A stretch of DNA of 63,365 nucleotides, the filler included, from a bacterium (GTDB lineage Bacteria; JADJOY01): NCBI GenBank assembly GCA_046331705.1. It is 3 parts of 3 records of this genome, joined end to end, with 100 filler letters (N's around TTAATTAATTAA, not from the genome) between each part and the next. Parts side by side here need not be neighbours in the genome. Positions count along the whole stretch, not along the records: positions 50,710 to 63,365 come from JAXLQJ010000103.1; 2 more parts are not named here. One strand, written 5' to 3'. Position 1 is the stretch's first letter; each line of letters begins with the position of its first letter. The notes under the pieces are model-generated. The model worked only from the letters and a program-made list of their open reading frames with translations. It did no database searches and had not been told where the DNA came from. This document shows, piece after piece, positions 54,731 to 63,365 of this stretch. Position numbers and translations under genes: made by a program.

Positions 54731-54759
54731 ATCGTAAGCCTCTAGCGCAGAGGCGTCAA
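54731..54759 (-). promoter_or_regulatory. Putative sigma70 promoter of the CSLREA gene with a palindrome in the spacer
   Basis: Minus strand TTGACG-N17-TACGAT; GCCTCT-N5-AGAGGC inverted repeat at 54738-54754. Confidence 0.65.
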
Positions 54760-54873
54760 CGAGAATGTCCCGCGCACCTGCCGAGCGATCGCACGCGCTC
54801 CAGAAAACGCGAGTGTCGCGCGAGCCGATCGCGTCGAGCGGGGGCTCGAGCGGCCGCTCGAAAGAACGCCGTT

Positions 54874-55326
54874 TCAGCTCCTGCGGCGAATCGACTGGAT
54901 GGTCTCGTCGAGGCGCGACAGGAAGCGGGAGCGGTCGCGCGGGCTCATCGGCGCCGGCCCGCCCACGTTGTTGCCGAGGTCGCGCAGCTCTTGCATCAGC
55001 TCGCGCATCGCCAACGCCTCGCCGATGGTGTCCTTCGAGAAGCGCTCGCCGCGCGTGTCGAGGACGCGTGCGCCGCGCTCCAGGCAGCGCGCCGCGAGCG
55101 GGATGTCGGCGGTGATGGCGATGTCGTCGGCGCCGATGTGCTCGGCGATCCAATGATCGGCCTCGTCCGGGCCAGCAGCGACGCGGATGCGGTGGATCCG
55201 CGGGTCGTCGGGCACGAAGATCGCGCGGTTCGACACCACGAAGACCGTGAGCCCGTAGCGCGCCGCGACGCGATAGGCCTCGTCCTTGACGGGACAGCCG
55301 TCGCCGTCGAGGTAGACGTCGAGCAT
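54874..55326 (-). CDS. yaiI: YaiI/YqxD family protein (UPF0178)
   Basis: YLDGDGCPVKDE, ADHWI, ITADIPLA, GGP.P....DRSRFL. Confidence 0.93.
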   Translation of the reverse strand: MLDVYLDGDGCPVKDEAYRVAARYGLTVFVVSNRAIFVPDDPRIHRIRVAAGPDEADHWIAEHIGADDIAITADIPLAARCLERGARVLDTRGERFSKDTIGEALAMRELMQELRDLGNNVGGPAPMSPRDRSRFLSRLDETIQSIRRRS

Positions 55327-55360
55327 CGTTTCCGCGCCGGGTTGTCGTTGCCAGCCGGGA

Positions 55361-57010
55361 TCAGCTCGATGCGCCGAACGCCGCGCTCACCACCGCGCGC
55401 GCCTCTTCCTGGATGCGTCGCAGGTGATCGGCGCCCACGAAGCTCTCGGCGTAGATCTTGTACACGTCCTCCGTGCCCGAGGGGCGCGCGGCGAACCAGC
55501 CGTTGGCCGTGGTGACCTTGAGGCCGCCGATCGAGGCGCCGTTGCCCGGCGCCTGGGTGAGCTTCGCGACGATGGTCTCGCCGGCGAGGGTCGTCGCCGT
55601 GATCTGCTCGGGCGCGAGCTTCTTGAGCAAGTCCTTCTGCGCGGGCGTCGCCGGCGCGTCCACGCGCTCGTAGACGGGGTCTCCCAGCTCGGCGGTGAGC
55701 GAGCGATAGATCTCGCCTGGATCACGTCCAGCTTTCGCGGTGATCTCGGCCGCCAGCAGGTCGAGGATGATGCCGTCCTTGTCGGTGCTCCACGCGCCGC
55801 CGTCCTTGCGCAGGAACGAGGCGCCGGCGCTTTCCTCGCCGCCGAAGCCGAGCGAGCCGTCGAGCAGCCCGTCGACGAACCACTTGAAGCCGACGGGCAC
55901 CTCGACGAGGCGGCGGCCGAGCCGTGCGGCCAGTCGATCGATGAGGCTGCTCGACACCAGTGTCTTGCCGATGCCGGCGTCACGGCGCCAGGCGGGGCGG
56001 TTTCGGAACAGGTAGTCGATCGCCACGCACAGGTAGTGGTTCGGGTTCATGAGCCCGGCCGAGCGCGTGACGATGCCGTGGCGATCGTTGTCGGTGTCGT
56101 TGCCGAAGGCGATGTCGAAGCGGTCCTTGAGCTCGACCAGGCCCGCCATCGCGTGCGGCGACGAGCAATCCATGCGGATCTTGCCGTCCCAATCGAGGCG
56201 CATGAAGCGGAACGTCGGATCGACGGTCTCGTTCACGATCGTCACGTCCAGACCGAAGCGCTCGCGGATCGGTGCCCAGTAGCCGACACCCGAGCCGCCC
56301 AGCGGGTCGACGCCGATCCGCAGCTTGGCGGCGCGGATCGCGTCGAAGTCGATCACCTGGGCCAGCTCGCTCACGTAGCTCTGGACGTAGTCGTGCTTCT
56401 TGGTGGTGGGGGCGCTGCGCGCACGCGCCGCCGAGAGCCGCTTCACCACGTCGATGCCCGTGGTGAGGAGCTGATTGGCGCGCTTCTCGATCCAGCCCGT
56501 GATCGTGGTGTCGGCGGGGCCGCCATTGGGCGGGTTGTACTTGAATCCGCCGTCCTCGGGCGGGTTGTGGGACGGCGTCACGACGATGCCGTCCGCCAGC
56601 CCGTCGGCGCGGCCGCGGTTGTAGCCCACGATCGCGTGCGAGACGACCGGCGTCGGCGTGTAACCGTCGGCGGCGTCGACCATCACGGTCACGCCGCTCG
56701 CCGCGAGCACCTCGAGCGCGGTGGTGAGCGCCGGCAACGACAGGGCGTGACTGTCCATGCCGATGAAGAGCGGGCCGGTGATGCCGACGCTGGTGCGGTA
56801 GTCGCAGATCGCGCGCGTCGTGGCGACGATGTGCGCCTCGTTGAACGAGCGCTTGAGCGACGAGCCGCGGTGTCCCGAGGTGCCGAAGGCCACGCGCTGC
56901 TCGGGAACGGCGGGATCGGGCTGCTCCGTGTAGTACGCGGTCAGGAGCCGCGGTACGTCGACCAGCTGTGCGGTGGGCGCGGGCTTGCCCGCGAGTGGGT
57001 GAGTTGTCAC
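55361..57010 (-). CDS. pgm: Phosphoglucomutase (alpha-D-glucose-1,6-bisphosphate-dependent)
   Basis: [33 protein letters not shown]. Confidence 0.97.
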   Translation of the reverse strand: MTTHPLAGKPAPTAQLVDVPRLLTAYYTEQPDPAVPEQRVAFGTSGHRGSSLKRSFNEAHIVATTRAICDYRTSVGITGPLFIGMDSHALSLPALTTALEVLAASGVTVMVDAADGYTPTPVVSHAIVGYNRGRADGLADGIVVTPSHNPPEDGGFKYNPPNGGPADTTITGWIEKRANQLLTTGIDVVKRLSAARARSAPTTKKHDYVQSYVSELAQVIDFDAIRAAKLRIGVDPLGGSGVGYWAPIRERFGLDVTIVNETVDPTFRFMRLDWDGKIRMDCSSPHAMAGLVELKDRFDIAFGNDTDNDRHGIVTRSAGLMNPNHYLCVAIDYLFRNRPAWRRDAGIGKTLVSSSLIDRLAARLGRRLVEVPVGFKWFVDGLLDGSLGFGGEESAGASFLRKDGGAWSTDKDGIILDLLAAEITAKAGRDPGEIYRSLTAELGDPVYERVDAPATPAQKDLLKKLAPEQITATTLAGETIVAKLTQAPGNGASIGGLKVTTANGWFAARPSGTEDVYKIYAESFVGADHLRRIQEEARAVVSAAFGASS

Positions 57011-57037
57011 GGCGACCTCCGGGCGGCGTTCGAGGGC

Positions 57038-58708
57038 TCAGCGTGCCAACAGCGCACGCGCATGGCTCAGCGCTTCGTCGATGTGGCGGTGGAGGTTCTG
57101 GCGGCCGATCTTGTCGGCGAGGCCCACTCGCTCGATCGCGGCGAGCGGCTGCTCGCGCAGACCCGATAGCAGCAGCACGGTGCCGTGACGGGCGCACTTG
57201 CTCCAGAACTCCTCCAGCGCGTGCAGCCCGGTCGCGTCGATGGCCGGCACGCGCCGCATGCGCAGGATGAAGAGCTTGGGTGGGCTGTCGATGTTGTCGA
57301 GCGTGTCCTTGAGCTTGTCGGCGACGCCGAAGAAGAACGGGCCGTTGATCTCGAAGACCTTCACGCCGCGCGGTACCTGCTTGTTCGCGGTGGCGTCGGG
57401 ATCCCGGCCTTCGGGAAGGATCACCGAGTCCTCGTCGGAGCTGTCCTCGAGGATCGCGCGCACGTCGGTGACCTCGCTCATGCGCCGCATGAAGAGCATC
57501 GCGGCCATGACCAGCCCCACCTCGACGGCGACCGTGAGGTCGACCAGCACGGTGAGCAAGAAGGCGGTGAGCAGCACCGCGATGTCGCTCTTGGGCGCAC
57601 GCAAGAGCGTGCGGAAATGGTCGACCTCGGCCATGTTCCAGGCCACGATCACGAGCACGGCGGCGAGCGCCGCGAGGGGGATGGCGCTCGCGAGCGGCGC
57701 CAGGAAGAACATGAAGGCGCCGAGCGTCATCGCGTGGATGATGCCCGCGACGGGCGTCTTGGCACCGCTGCGCACGTTGGTGGCGGTGCGCGCGATCGCG
57801 CCGGTCGCCGGGATGCCGCCGAAGATCACCGAGGCGACGTTCGCGGTGCCCTGTGCGATCAGCTCGATGTTGGAGCGATGGCGCCCGCCGGTCATGCCGT
57901 CGGCGACCACCGCCGAGAGCAGCGACTCGATCGCACCCAGCATCGCGATGGTGAAGGCTTCGGGCACCAGCGCGCGGAGCTGAGCGAAGTCGACGTGCGG
58001 TAGGTGCGGCGCGGGCAGGAGCCGCGGAATGCCGCCGAAGCGCGTGCCGATGGTGTCGACGGGCAAGGAGAGCGCCCACGCCGCGAGCGACGCCGCCACC
58101 ACCGCCACGATCGGCCCCGGCACCTTCGGCGTGAAGCGCTTGCAGGCCAGGATGATCGCGATCGATCCCGCGGCGAGCGCCGCGGCGGACGGGTTCCAGC
58201 TGGTGAGGTGGGTGAGGTAGGCGCCCCATTTCTCGAGGAACTCCGCGGGCACCGCGTCCATCCGCAGCCCCAGAAGATCCTTCACCTGCGAGGAGAAGAT
58301 GATGAGCGCGATGCCGGAGGTGAAGCCGGTGGTGACGGGATACGGGATGAACTTGATCAGCGTGCCGAAGCGCGCGAGCCCCATGGCGACGAGGATCGCG
58401 CCCGCGAGCAAGGTCGCGACCGCGAGCCCGTCGTAGCCGTGCTTCTGGACGATTCCATAGACGATCACGACGAACGCGCCCGTGGGCCCGCCGATCTGAA
58501 CGCGGCTGCCGCCGAGCACCGAGATCACGAAACCCGCCACGATCGCCGTGAAGAGCCCGCGCTCGGGAGTCACGCCCGAGGCGATGCCGAAGGCCATCGC
58601 GAGCGGCAGCGCGACGATCCCGACGGTGACCCCCGCGAAGAGGTCGGCAAGGAAACGCTCGCGGTCGTAGCCCTCGCGCAGGCAGACGATCAGCTTCGGC
58701 GTGAACAT
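57038..58708 (-). CDS. SulP/SLC26 anion transporter with STAS domain
   Basis: GIVALPLAMAF, GGS..QIGGPTGAF, ESLLSA, GAIART, NGPFFFG, IDATG. Confidence 0.95.
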   Translation of the reverse strand: MFTPKLIVCLREGYDRERFLADLFAGVTVGIVALPLAMAFGIASGVTPERGLFTAIVAGFVISVLGGSRVQIGGPTGAFVVIVYGIVQKHGYDGLAVATLLAGAILVAMGLARFGTLIKFIPYPVTTGFTSGIALIIFSSQVKDLLGLRMDAVPAEFLEKWGAYLTHLTSWNPSAAALAAGSIAIILACKRFTPKVPGPIVAVVAASLAAWALSLPVDTIGTRFGGIPRLLPAPHLPHVDFAQLRALVPEAFTIAMLGAIESLLSAVVADGMTGGRHRSNIELIAQGTANVASVIFGGIPATGAIARTATNVRSGAKTPVAGIIHAMTLGAFMFFLAPLASAIPLAALAAVLVIVAWNMAEVDHFRTLLRAPKSDIAVLLTAFLLTVLVDLTVAVEVGLVMAAMLFMRRMSEVTDVRAILEDSSDEDSVILPEGRDPDATANKQVPRGVKVFEINGPFFFGVADKLKDTLDNIDSPPKLFILRMRRVPAIDATGLHALEEFWSKCARHGTVLLLSGLREQPLAAIERVGLADKIGRQNLHRHIDEALSHARALLAR

Positions 58709-58828
58709 CGCAAGCTCCGGTGTGTGGGACGAAGGGACGGAGTATGTCACCGCCACGCGCCGCGGCCGATGGCGCGCGCCGCGTTTCGCGGGCGATCGCG
58801 GAGACCGCGCGTGCGGCGAACGAGCTCG

Positions 58829-60292
58829 TCAGCCGGCGCCGGCGTAGCGGGTCACGAGCGCGGGCAGGTTGTGCAGGAAGACCGCCGCCAGAAGCACGGC
58901 GATCCAGCGCGCGGCGCGCGGCGCGCGAGCGTGCAGGCGTGCGAGCCAATCGCCGCCGAGCACCGCCCACAGCGGGAAGATCTGCAGCAGATAGGTCGCC
59001 TTGATCGTGTCGCCCTTGTCGGGGTTCGGATACATGAGCAGGAACCAGGCGTAGCCCACGAGCGTGCCGCCGATGGTCGCGGTGAGCGTGAAGCGCGCGG
59101 CCTCGTCGTCGCCTGTGCGCTCGGATGCGCGTGCCACGGCGAAGCGGAGCGCGCGCGCGAAGGCCGCTCCCAGCGCCACCAGGGCGAGCACCGTCGGCGC
59201 GAGCGAGATCGCGTTGACGCGCCCCAGGTAGCGGCCCACGCGGAAGCGATTGGTCTCGAGCACGGCGGGGACGGGCGGCACGACCGTGCGCGCTTCCAGC
59301 TCCGGCCCGGAGACCCAGCGCTGCTCGGCGACGTCGCGACCCCACACGATCCAGTAGCCCCAGTAATCGCCCCAGACCTCCGTGTAGAGAAGCGGCCACA
59401 GCCGGTTGGGAAAGCCCGGCCGGATCGGATCGCGGAACACGGTGGCGAGCGCCAGATCGCCGTAGAAGCTCGCGGGCTGGTTGGCGATCGAGAGCTCGCG
59501 CGCGTGACCGCGGTTGAACGCGAGCGCCGAGCCGAAGCGCAGGTGCAAGAAGACGTAGAACCAGCCGCCGAGCTGGGCCGCGAGCGTGAGCGCGAGGAGC
59601 CCGGCGACGAGCCATTCCCGCGCGCGCCGCGGCCGCTGGACGGATCGGACGCCGATCAAGCACGCCGCGGCGCCCAGCGCGGCCGCTCCCCATTGTCGCG
59701 AGAGCAGCACCGCGCCGCCGAGGGCGGCGAGCGTCGCCACGCGCGCCAGCCGCACGCGTTCCGCGAGCAAGAGCGCGAGGGTGGAGTCGAGGAAGAGGAC
59801 GACGAAACACGCCGCGTACGGCTCGCCGCGGATGAAGGCGAACGACTTGTAGTAGACGGGACAGAGCGCGATGAGGCCGAGCGCGCCGAGCTTGACGACG
59901 GGCTGGCTCGAGACCCGCCCGCACAGACGCAGCACCCCGTGGGTCAGGACCATCGACAAGAGCCACTGGAAGAGCTGCGCGAGCTTGAGCGCGGTCGCGA
60001 TCTCGGCGCCGACGCGGATCGCCAGCGCCGGGACCACGTACGGTAACGGCGGTGAGAAGAACTCGGTGGTGTCCCACGGCGTCGGCAGGCGGCCCTGCTG
60101 GCCGAGGGTCACGAGGTAGTTGATGTGGGCGCTGCCGTCGTAGTTGATGGCTGGCGCGTGTCGGAGCGCGTTCACCAGCACGATCGCGTTGATGAGCACC
60201 CACAGCCCCACCAGCCGAGGATCGAGCCGCGTGCCCTCGCGGAACGGGTCCGTGAGGCGCGAGCGTGGCGAGGGAGGCGACGGTTCGGTCAC
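58829..60292 (-). CDS. Polytopic membrane protein, GT-C (ArnT/PMT-like) glycosyltransferase candidate
   Basis: First TM followed by YDGSAH..Y and PPLPY; about 10 TM segments. Confidence 0.6.
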   Translation of the reverse strand: MTEPSPPSPRSRLTDPFREGTRLDPRLVGLWVLINAIVLVNALRHAPAINYDGSAHINYLVTLGQQGRLPTPWDTTEFFSPPLPYVVPALAIRVGAEIATALKLAQLFQWLLSMVLTHGVLRLCGRVSSQPVVKLGALGLIALCPVYYKSFAFIRGEPYAACFVVLFLDSTLALLLAERVRLARVATLAALGGAVLLSRQWGAAALGAAACLIGVRSVQRPRRAREWLVAGLLALTLAAQLGGWFYVFLHLRFGSALAFNRGHARELSIANQPASFYGDLALATVFRDPIRPGFPNRLWPLLYTEVWGDYWGYWIVWGRDVAEQRWVSGPELEARTVVPPVPAVLETNRFRVGRYLGRVNAISLAPTVLALVALGAAFARALRFAVARASERTGDDEAARFTLTATIGGTLVGYAWFLLMYPNPDKGDTIKATYLLQIFPLWAVLGGDWLARLHARAPRAARWIAVLLAAVFLHNLPALVTRYAGAG

Positions 60293-60439
60293 GGTTGTGG
60301 AGCGCCGGCGGTGGCAGATGGGGCGGGGATCATACGACTCCTCCGGTGCGCCGCAAGCTCGCGACTCGCTGCGCGCCGCACGGCCACGCTTCGGGGCAAC
60401 CGCGACGGAAGCGCCGCCGCACCGGTGCAGGGCCCGTGG

Positions 60440-62170
60440 TCAACGCGCCGGTGGCTCGCCGCGCTCGGTTTCGAGCTCGGTGACGTCGTCGAGGAGCTCG
60501 CGCAAGGCGGGATAGTCGACGAGCGCCAGCCCCCGCTCGAGATCGCGCCGCGCACCGGCGAGATCGCCGAGCCGCATGCGCAAGGAGCCCAGCTCGTAGA
60601 GATAGATCACCGTCCACATCTTGCTGGGCTGTTGCGCCAGCAACCGCTGGTAAGCGTCGATGGCCCGGTCGAGCTCGCCGCTCGCGTCCGCTTCCTCGGC
60701 CACCCGCTGAAGCTCGCGCGGATCGCTGGGCAGCGGCTGGCGAGCGGCGTTGGCATCGGTGGGCACGAAGCGCACCACCCACGCGCGCTCCTGGGGAAGC
60801 CAGCGGCGCGCGGCCTCGCGCACGTTCTCCGGCGTGAGCGCGCGGACCCGCTCCTCGTACGCGCTCGTCGCTTGCTCGATCCCGAGCGCCGCCGCCGCTC
60901 CCACGGTGCCCGCCAGCGAGAAGTAGGGGCGGTCGCTGACCAAGGGCCGCTTGGCGACGGCGCGCAGCGCGGCGTGGCGCTCGCGCTCGAGCTCGCGCGG
61001 ATCGATCCCGCGTTCCCGCGCCCCGGCCAGCACGCGCTCGAGCTCCCGCTCGGCGCCGGCGCCGGTGGTCGAGAGCACGAAGAGGTCGCGATCCACGCCG
61101 CCGCCCACGCCCGCGTCGAGCAGCCGCCGCTCGCCGCGCTTGCGATTCGAGAGCGCCGACGCCAGCAGCTCGAGCGCGAGCCGATCGCGCTGCTCGGCCT
61201 CGTCGGCGTCGAGCGCCGGTCCCACCCACGCGCAGGTGACGCGTTCGCGGGTGAGCGAAGGCGAGGGCACCACGGCTCGGCCGCCGGGCATGTCGTCGGG
61301 CTCGCGCGGCGTCGGGGGCGAGGGCGGTCCGGACGCGATCGCCGCGAAGGCTTGCTGGATGGCCAGGAGCGCGTCGCCGGGCTCGACGTCTCCGGCGACC
61401 ACCACCGCCGCATGGTTCGGGTGGTACCAGAGATCGTAGAACTGGCGCACCTGCTCGCGGGTGAGGGCGCGCGCCTGGGTATGCCCCGCGGCGTCGAGGA
61501 CTCCCGCGCCGTAGGGGTGGGCACGAAAGACCAAGCTCTCGAGCAGCTCGTCGCGCCGCTGTCCCTCGGTCACGGTCGCCGCTTCCTCGGCGACCAGCCG
61601 CTCGCGCTCGTGCTCGAAGGCGCTCGGCTCGAAGGTGAGGCCGCGCATGCGATCGGCCTCCAGCATGAGCACCGTGGAGAGCTGCGCCGTGGGCACGCGC
61701 GCGTCGTAGTAGAGCGTCACGTCCTGACGCGTGTAGGCGTTCGATTCGCCGCCCAGCGCGTGAACGCGCGCGTCGTGCTGGCCAGCGGGCGTGGCGGTGG
61801 TGCCCGCGTACATCGCGTGCTCGGTCAGGTGTGCGATGCCGGTGGTGGCCGGCCCTTCCATGCGCTTGCCGACCGCGTACACGACGAAGACCGATACCTG
61901 CCCCGCGTGATTGCCGGGGTCGCGGATCGCGAGCGCCGTGAGGCCATTGGCGAGGATGCGACGCTCGAACGAGCGTCCCGCGACCGTGAGCGCGCCGGGA
62001 TCGAATCCCTCCCGCGCGGCGCTGGGCGTGGGTGCGGACGGCGCCGCGGGCGCAGCGAGGTCGGCCGCGCTCGCAGGTCGAGGAGCGGGCGCGCACGCCG
62101 TCGCGCAGAGGCATGCGCACGCTCCCGCGAGCGCCGACACGAGGCGGCCGATCGGACGACGAGTGCTCAT
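60440..62170 (-). CDS. M16 (insulinase) family zinc peptidase lipoprotein with C-terminal TPR
   Basis: Lipobox-like ATAC; GIAHLTEH (HxxEH), SNAYT, LEADRM, YHPNHA.VVVAGD; TPR-like C-terminus. Confidence 0.88.
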   Translation of the reverse strand: MSTRRPIGRLVSALAGACACLCATACAPAPRPASAADLAAPAAPSAPTPSAAREGFDPGALTVAGRSFERRILANGLTALAIRDPGNHAGQVSVFVVYAVGKRMEGPATTGIAHLTEHAMYAGTTATPAGQHDARVHALGGESNAYTRQDVTLYYDARVPTAQLSTVLMLEADRMRGLTFEPSAFEHERERLVAEEAATVTEGQRRDELLESLVFRAHPYGAGVLDAAGHTQARALTREQVRQFYDLWYHPNHAAVVVAGDVEPGDALLAIQQAFAAIASGPPSPPTPREPDDMPGGRAVVPSPSLTRERVTCAWVGPALDADEAEQRDRLALELLASALSNRKRGERRLLDAGVGGGVDRDLFVLSTTGAGAERELERVLAGARERGIDPRELERERHAALRAVAKRPLVSDRPYFSLAGTVGAAAALGIEQATSAYEERVRALTPENVREAARRWLPQERAWVVRFVPTDANAARQPLPSDPRELQRVAEEADASGELDRAIDAYQRLLAQQPSKMWTVIYLYELGSLRMRLGDLAGARRDLERGLALVDYPALRELLDDVTELETERGEPPAR

Positions 62171-63114
62171 GACGTGCTCCGCGTGGGGACGACGGGGCCG
62201 GGCGTTCGCGTGCGCGGCTCGACCTCGCGCTCGCGCAGCACGAGGCCGATCCCGACCCCCGCGAACAGCAGCGCGCCGCCCAGCCAATGGGCGCGCGTCG
62301 GCAGCGAGCCGCGAAAGACCTCGAACCACGGCGCCAGCGCGTGCTTCATCCAGATGGCGATCACCGGCTCGGCGAGGATGACCAGGTTCACGTAGAAGAC
62401 CCGAACGTACTTGACCGCGTAGTGGAAGACGGTGTGACCGCCGATGGTGGGCACCAGCAGCAGGAGCGCGAGCGCCGCCCACTCGGTGCCGTGGGGATCG
62501 GGATGGGTGAGCGCGACACCTCGGCGCGCGGCGCCGAGGGAAGCGACGGCGACTCCGATCGCCGAGATCGCGCACACGTAGCTCGCGAAGCTGAGCCGCT
62601 GCCGTAGGCGCCGTGCCAGCGCGCGGGTGGTCACGATCGCGACGCAGCTGCCGAGCACGATGACGTCGCCCACCAGCTGCGCCGGCTCGAAACGGTAGTC
62701 GTTCCACACCAGCACCACGAGCCCGACCGCCGCCAGCGCCATCGACACGAGCATCGAGCGCGTGATCGCCTCGCCCAGGAAGAGCGCGCCGACCAGCGCC
62801 GCGATCACGGGTTGCGAGACGAGCAGCAGCACCGTGCTCTCGTAGCTGGTCTTCTGGAAGCCCATCGGAAACCACACGAAGTGCAGGCCGAACGTGATGC
62901 CGCCGGCGACCAGCGCGAGCCGCGCGCCGCGGTCGAGCGCCGCGAGCTCGGCTCGCATCCGCCGCGACGCGAAGGGCGCGAACACCAGCGTGGTGGTACC
63001 GAGCCGCCAGACCGCGATCGCCTCGGGCGGCAGCGCCGCGAGCACGATCAGCACCGCGGCGGAGCTGATGGCCACCGTTCCCACGAGCAGCGTCGCGATC
63101 GGCGGCGGCTTCAT
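62167..63114 (-). CDS. DMT/EamA family transporter
   Basis: About 10 TM segments; WRL, QP...ALVGALFLGE, PTIGGH, EPV motifs; ATGA overlap with the M16 gene. Confidence 0.9.
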   Translation of the reverse strand: MKPPPIATLLVGTVAISSAAVLIVLAALPPEAIAVWRLGTTTLVFAPFASRRMRAELAALDRGARLALVAGGITFGLHFVWFPMGFQKTSYESTVLLLVSQPVIAALVGALFLGEAITRSMLVSMALAAVGLVVLVWNDYRFEPAQLVGDVIVLGSCVAIVTTRALARRLRQRLSFASYVCAISAIGVAVASLGAARRGVALTHPDPHGTEWAALALLLLVPTIGGHTVFHYAVKYVRVFYVNLVILAEPVIAIWMKHALAPWFEVFRGSLPTRAHWLGGALLFAGVGIGLVLREREVEPRTRTPGPVVPTRSTS

Positions 63115-63292
63115 CCCGGGCGATATCGCATCGCCGCGCGCCGGTGGGTAGGGCCGCGGGAGCGCTCCTTCACCGTCGCGCCGACGAGCGTAGCGGGTCG
63201 ACTTTGGGGGTGGGGCGGGGGGCTGGAACAGGCCCCGATGAAGCATCGGCAGGCGCGCAGAGCTCGTGACGGCGAGTTTTTCGGCAGCGCAG

Positions 63293-63321
63293 TTAACGCG
63301 CTGCGTCGTGCGCGCTACACT
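63293..63321 (+). promoter_or_regulatory. Possible promoter reading out of the window
   Basis: TTAACG-N17-TACACT; CAGCGC/GCGCTG inverted repeat around the -35. Confidence 0.35.
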
Positions 63322-63365
63322 GCGGGGAGACCGCGACGGTTCTGGAACGCGACTGGTTGGATCGA

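Noticed and set aside
60440-62875. Apparent long fusions in the ORF track (811-aa M16; also 759-aa Fbp, 1084-aa GT4, 766-aa Uxs, 370-aa Wza)
   Set aside because: The N-terminal extensions overlap other real genes; true starts with SD or ATGA coupling lie downstream.

Overview
Very GC-rich bacterial sequence; gene content (PilZ, CSLREA, CehA/McbA, carboxypeptidase-regulatory proteins) suggests a Myxococcota/Deltaproteobacteria-like genome bin, which is inference. The window is three contigs (1-25357, 25458-50609, 50710-63365) joined by artificial N44-TTAATTAATTAA-N44 linkers, so adjacency across linkers is meaningless. Contig 1: secreted hydrolases (CehA/McbA-type PHP protein with a HEAT-repeat partner, PhoD-like), then a ~12 kb frameshift-riddled stretch (probably uncorrected long-read indels) hiding a saccharopine dehydrogenase-like gene, an FGGY kinase, acyltransferase-3, pirin, PlsC, a DUF3131/glucoamylase-like gene, MalK and a five-CxxCH cytochrome, then a GH94/Cgs C-terminus. 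Contig 2: an unusual B12-radical SAM / homocitrate-synthase-like / LeuC-like operon, fbp, two more B12-radical SAM genes with a GT2, and a surface-glycan cluster (flippase-like, GTs, wcaJ, ugd, uxs, lepB, wza-like, two PilZ). Contig 3: a 1262-aa CSLREA surface protein with 7 Cys-paired FN3-like repeats and a CTERM-like tail, then yaiI, pgm, sulP, GT-C, M16-TPR and a DMT transporter. No rRNA, tRNA, CRISPR array or transposase was recognised. The best novelty candidates are the radical SAM + keto-acid elongation operon and the radical SAM-containing glycan cluster.
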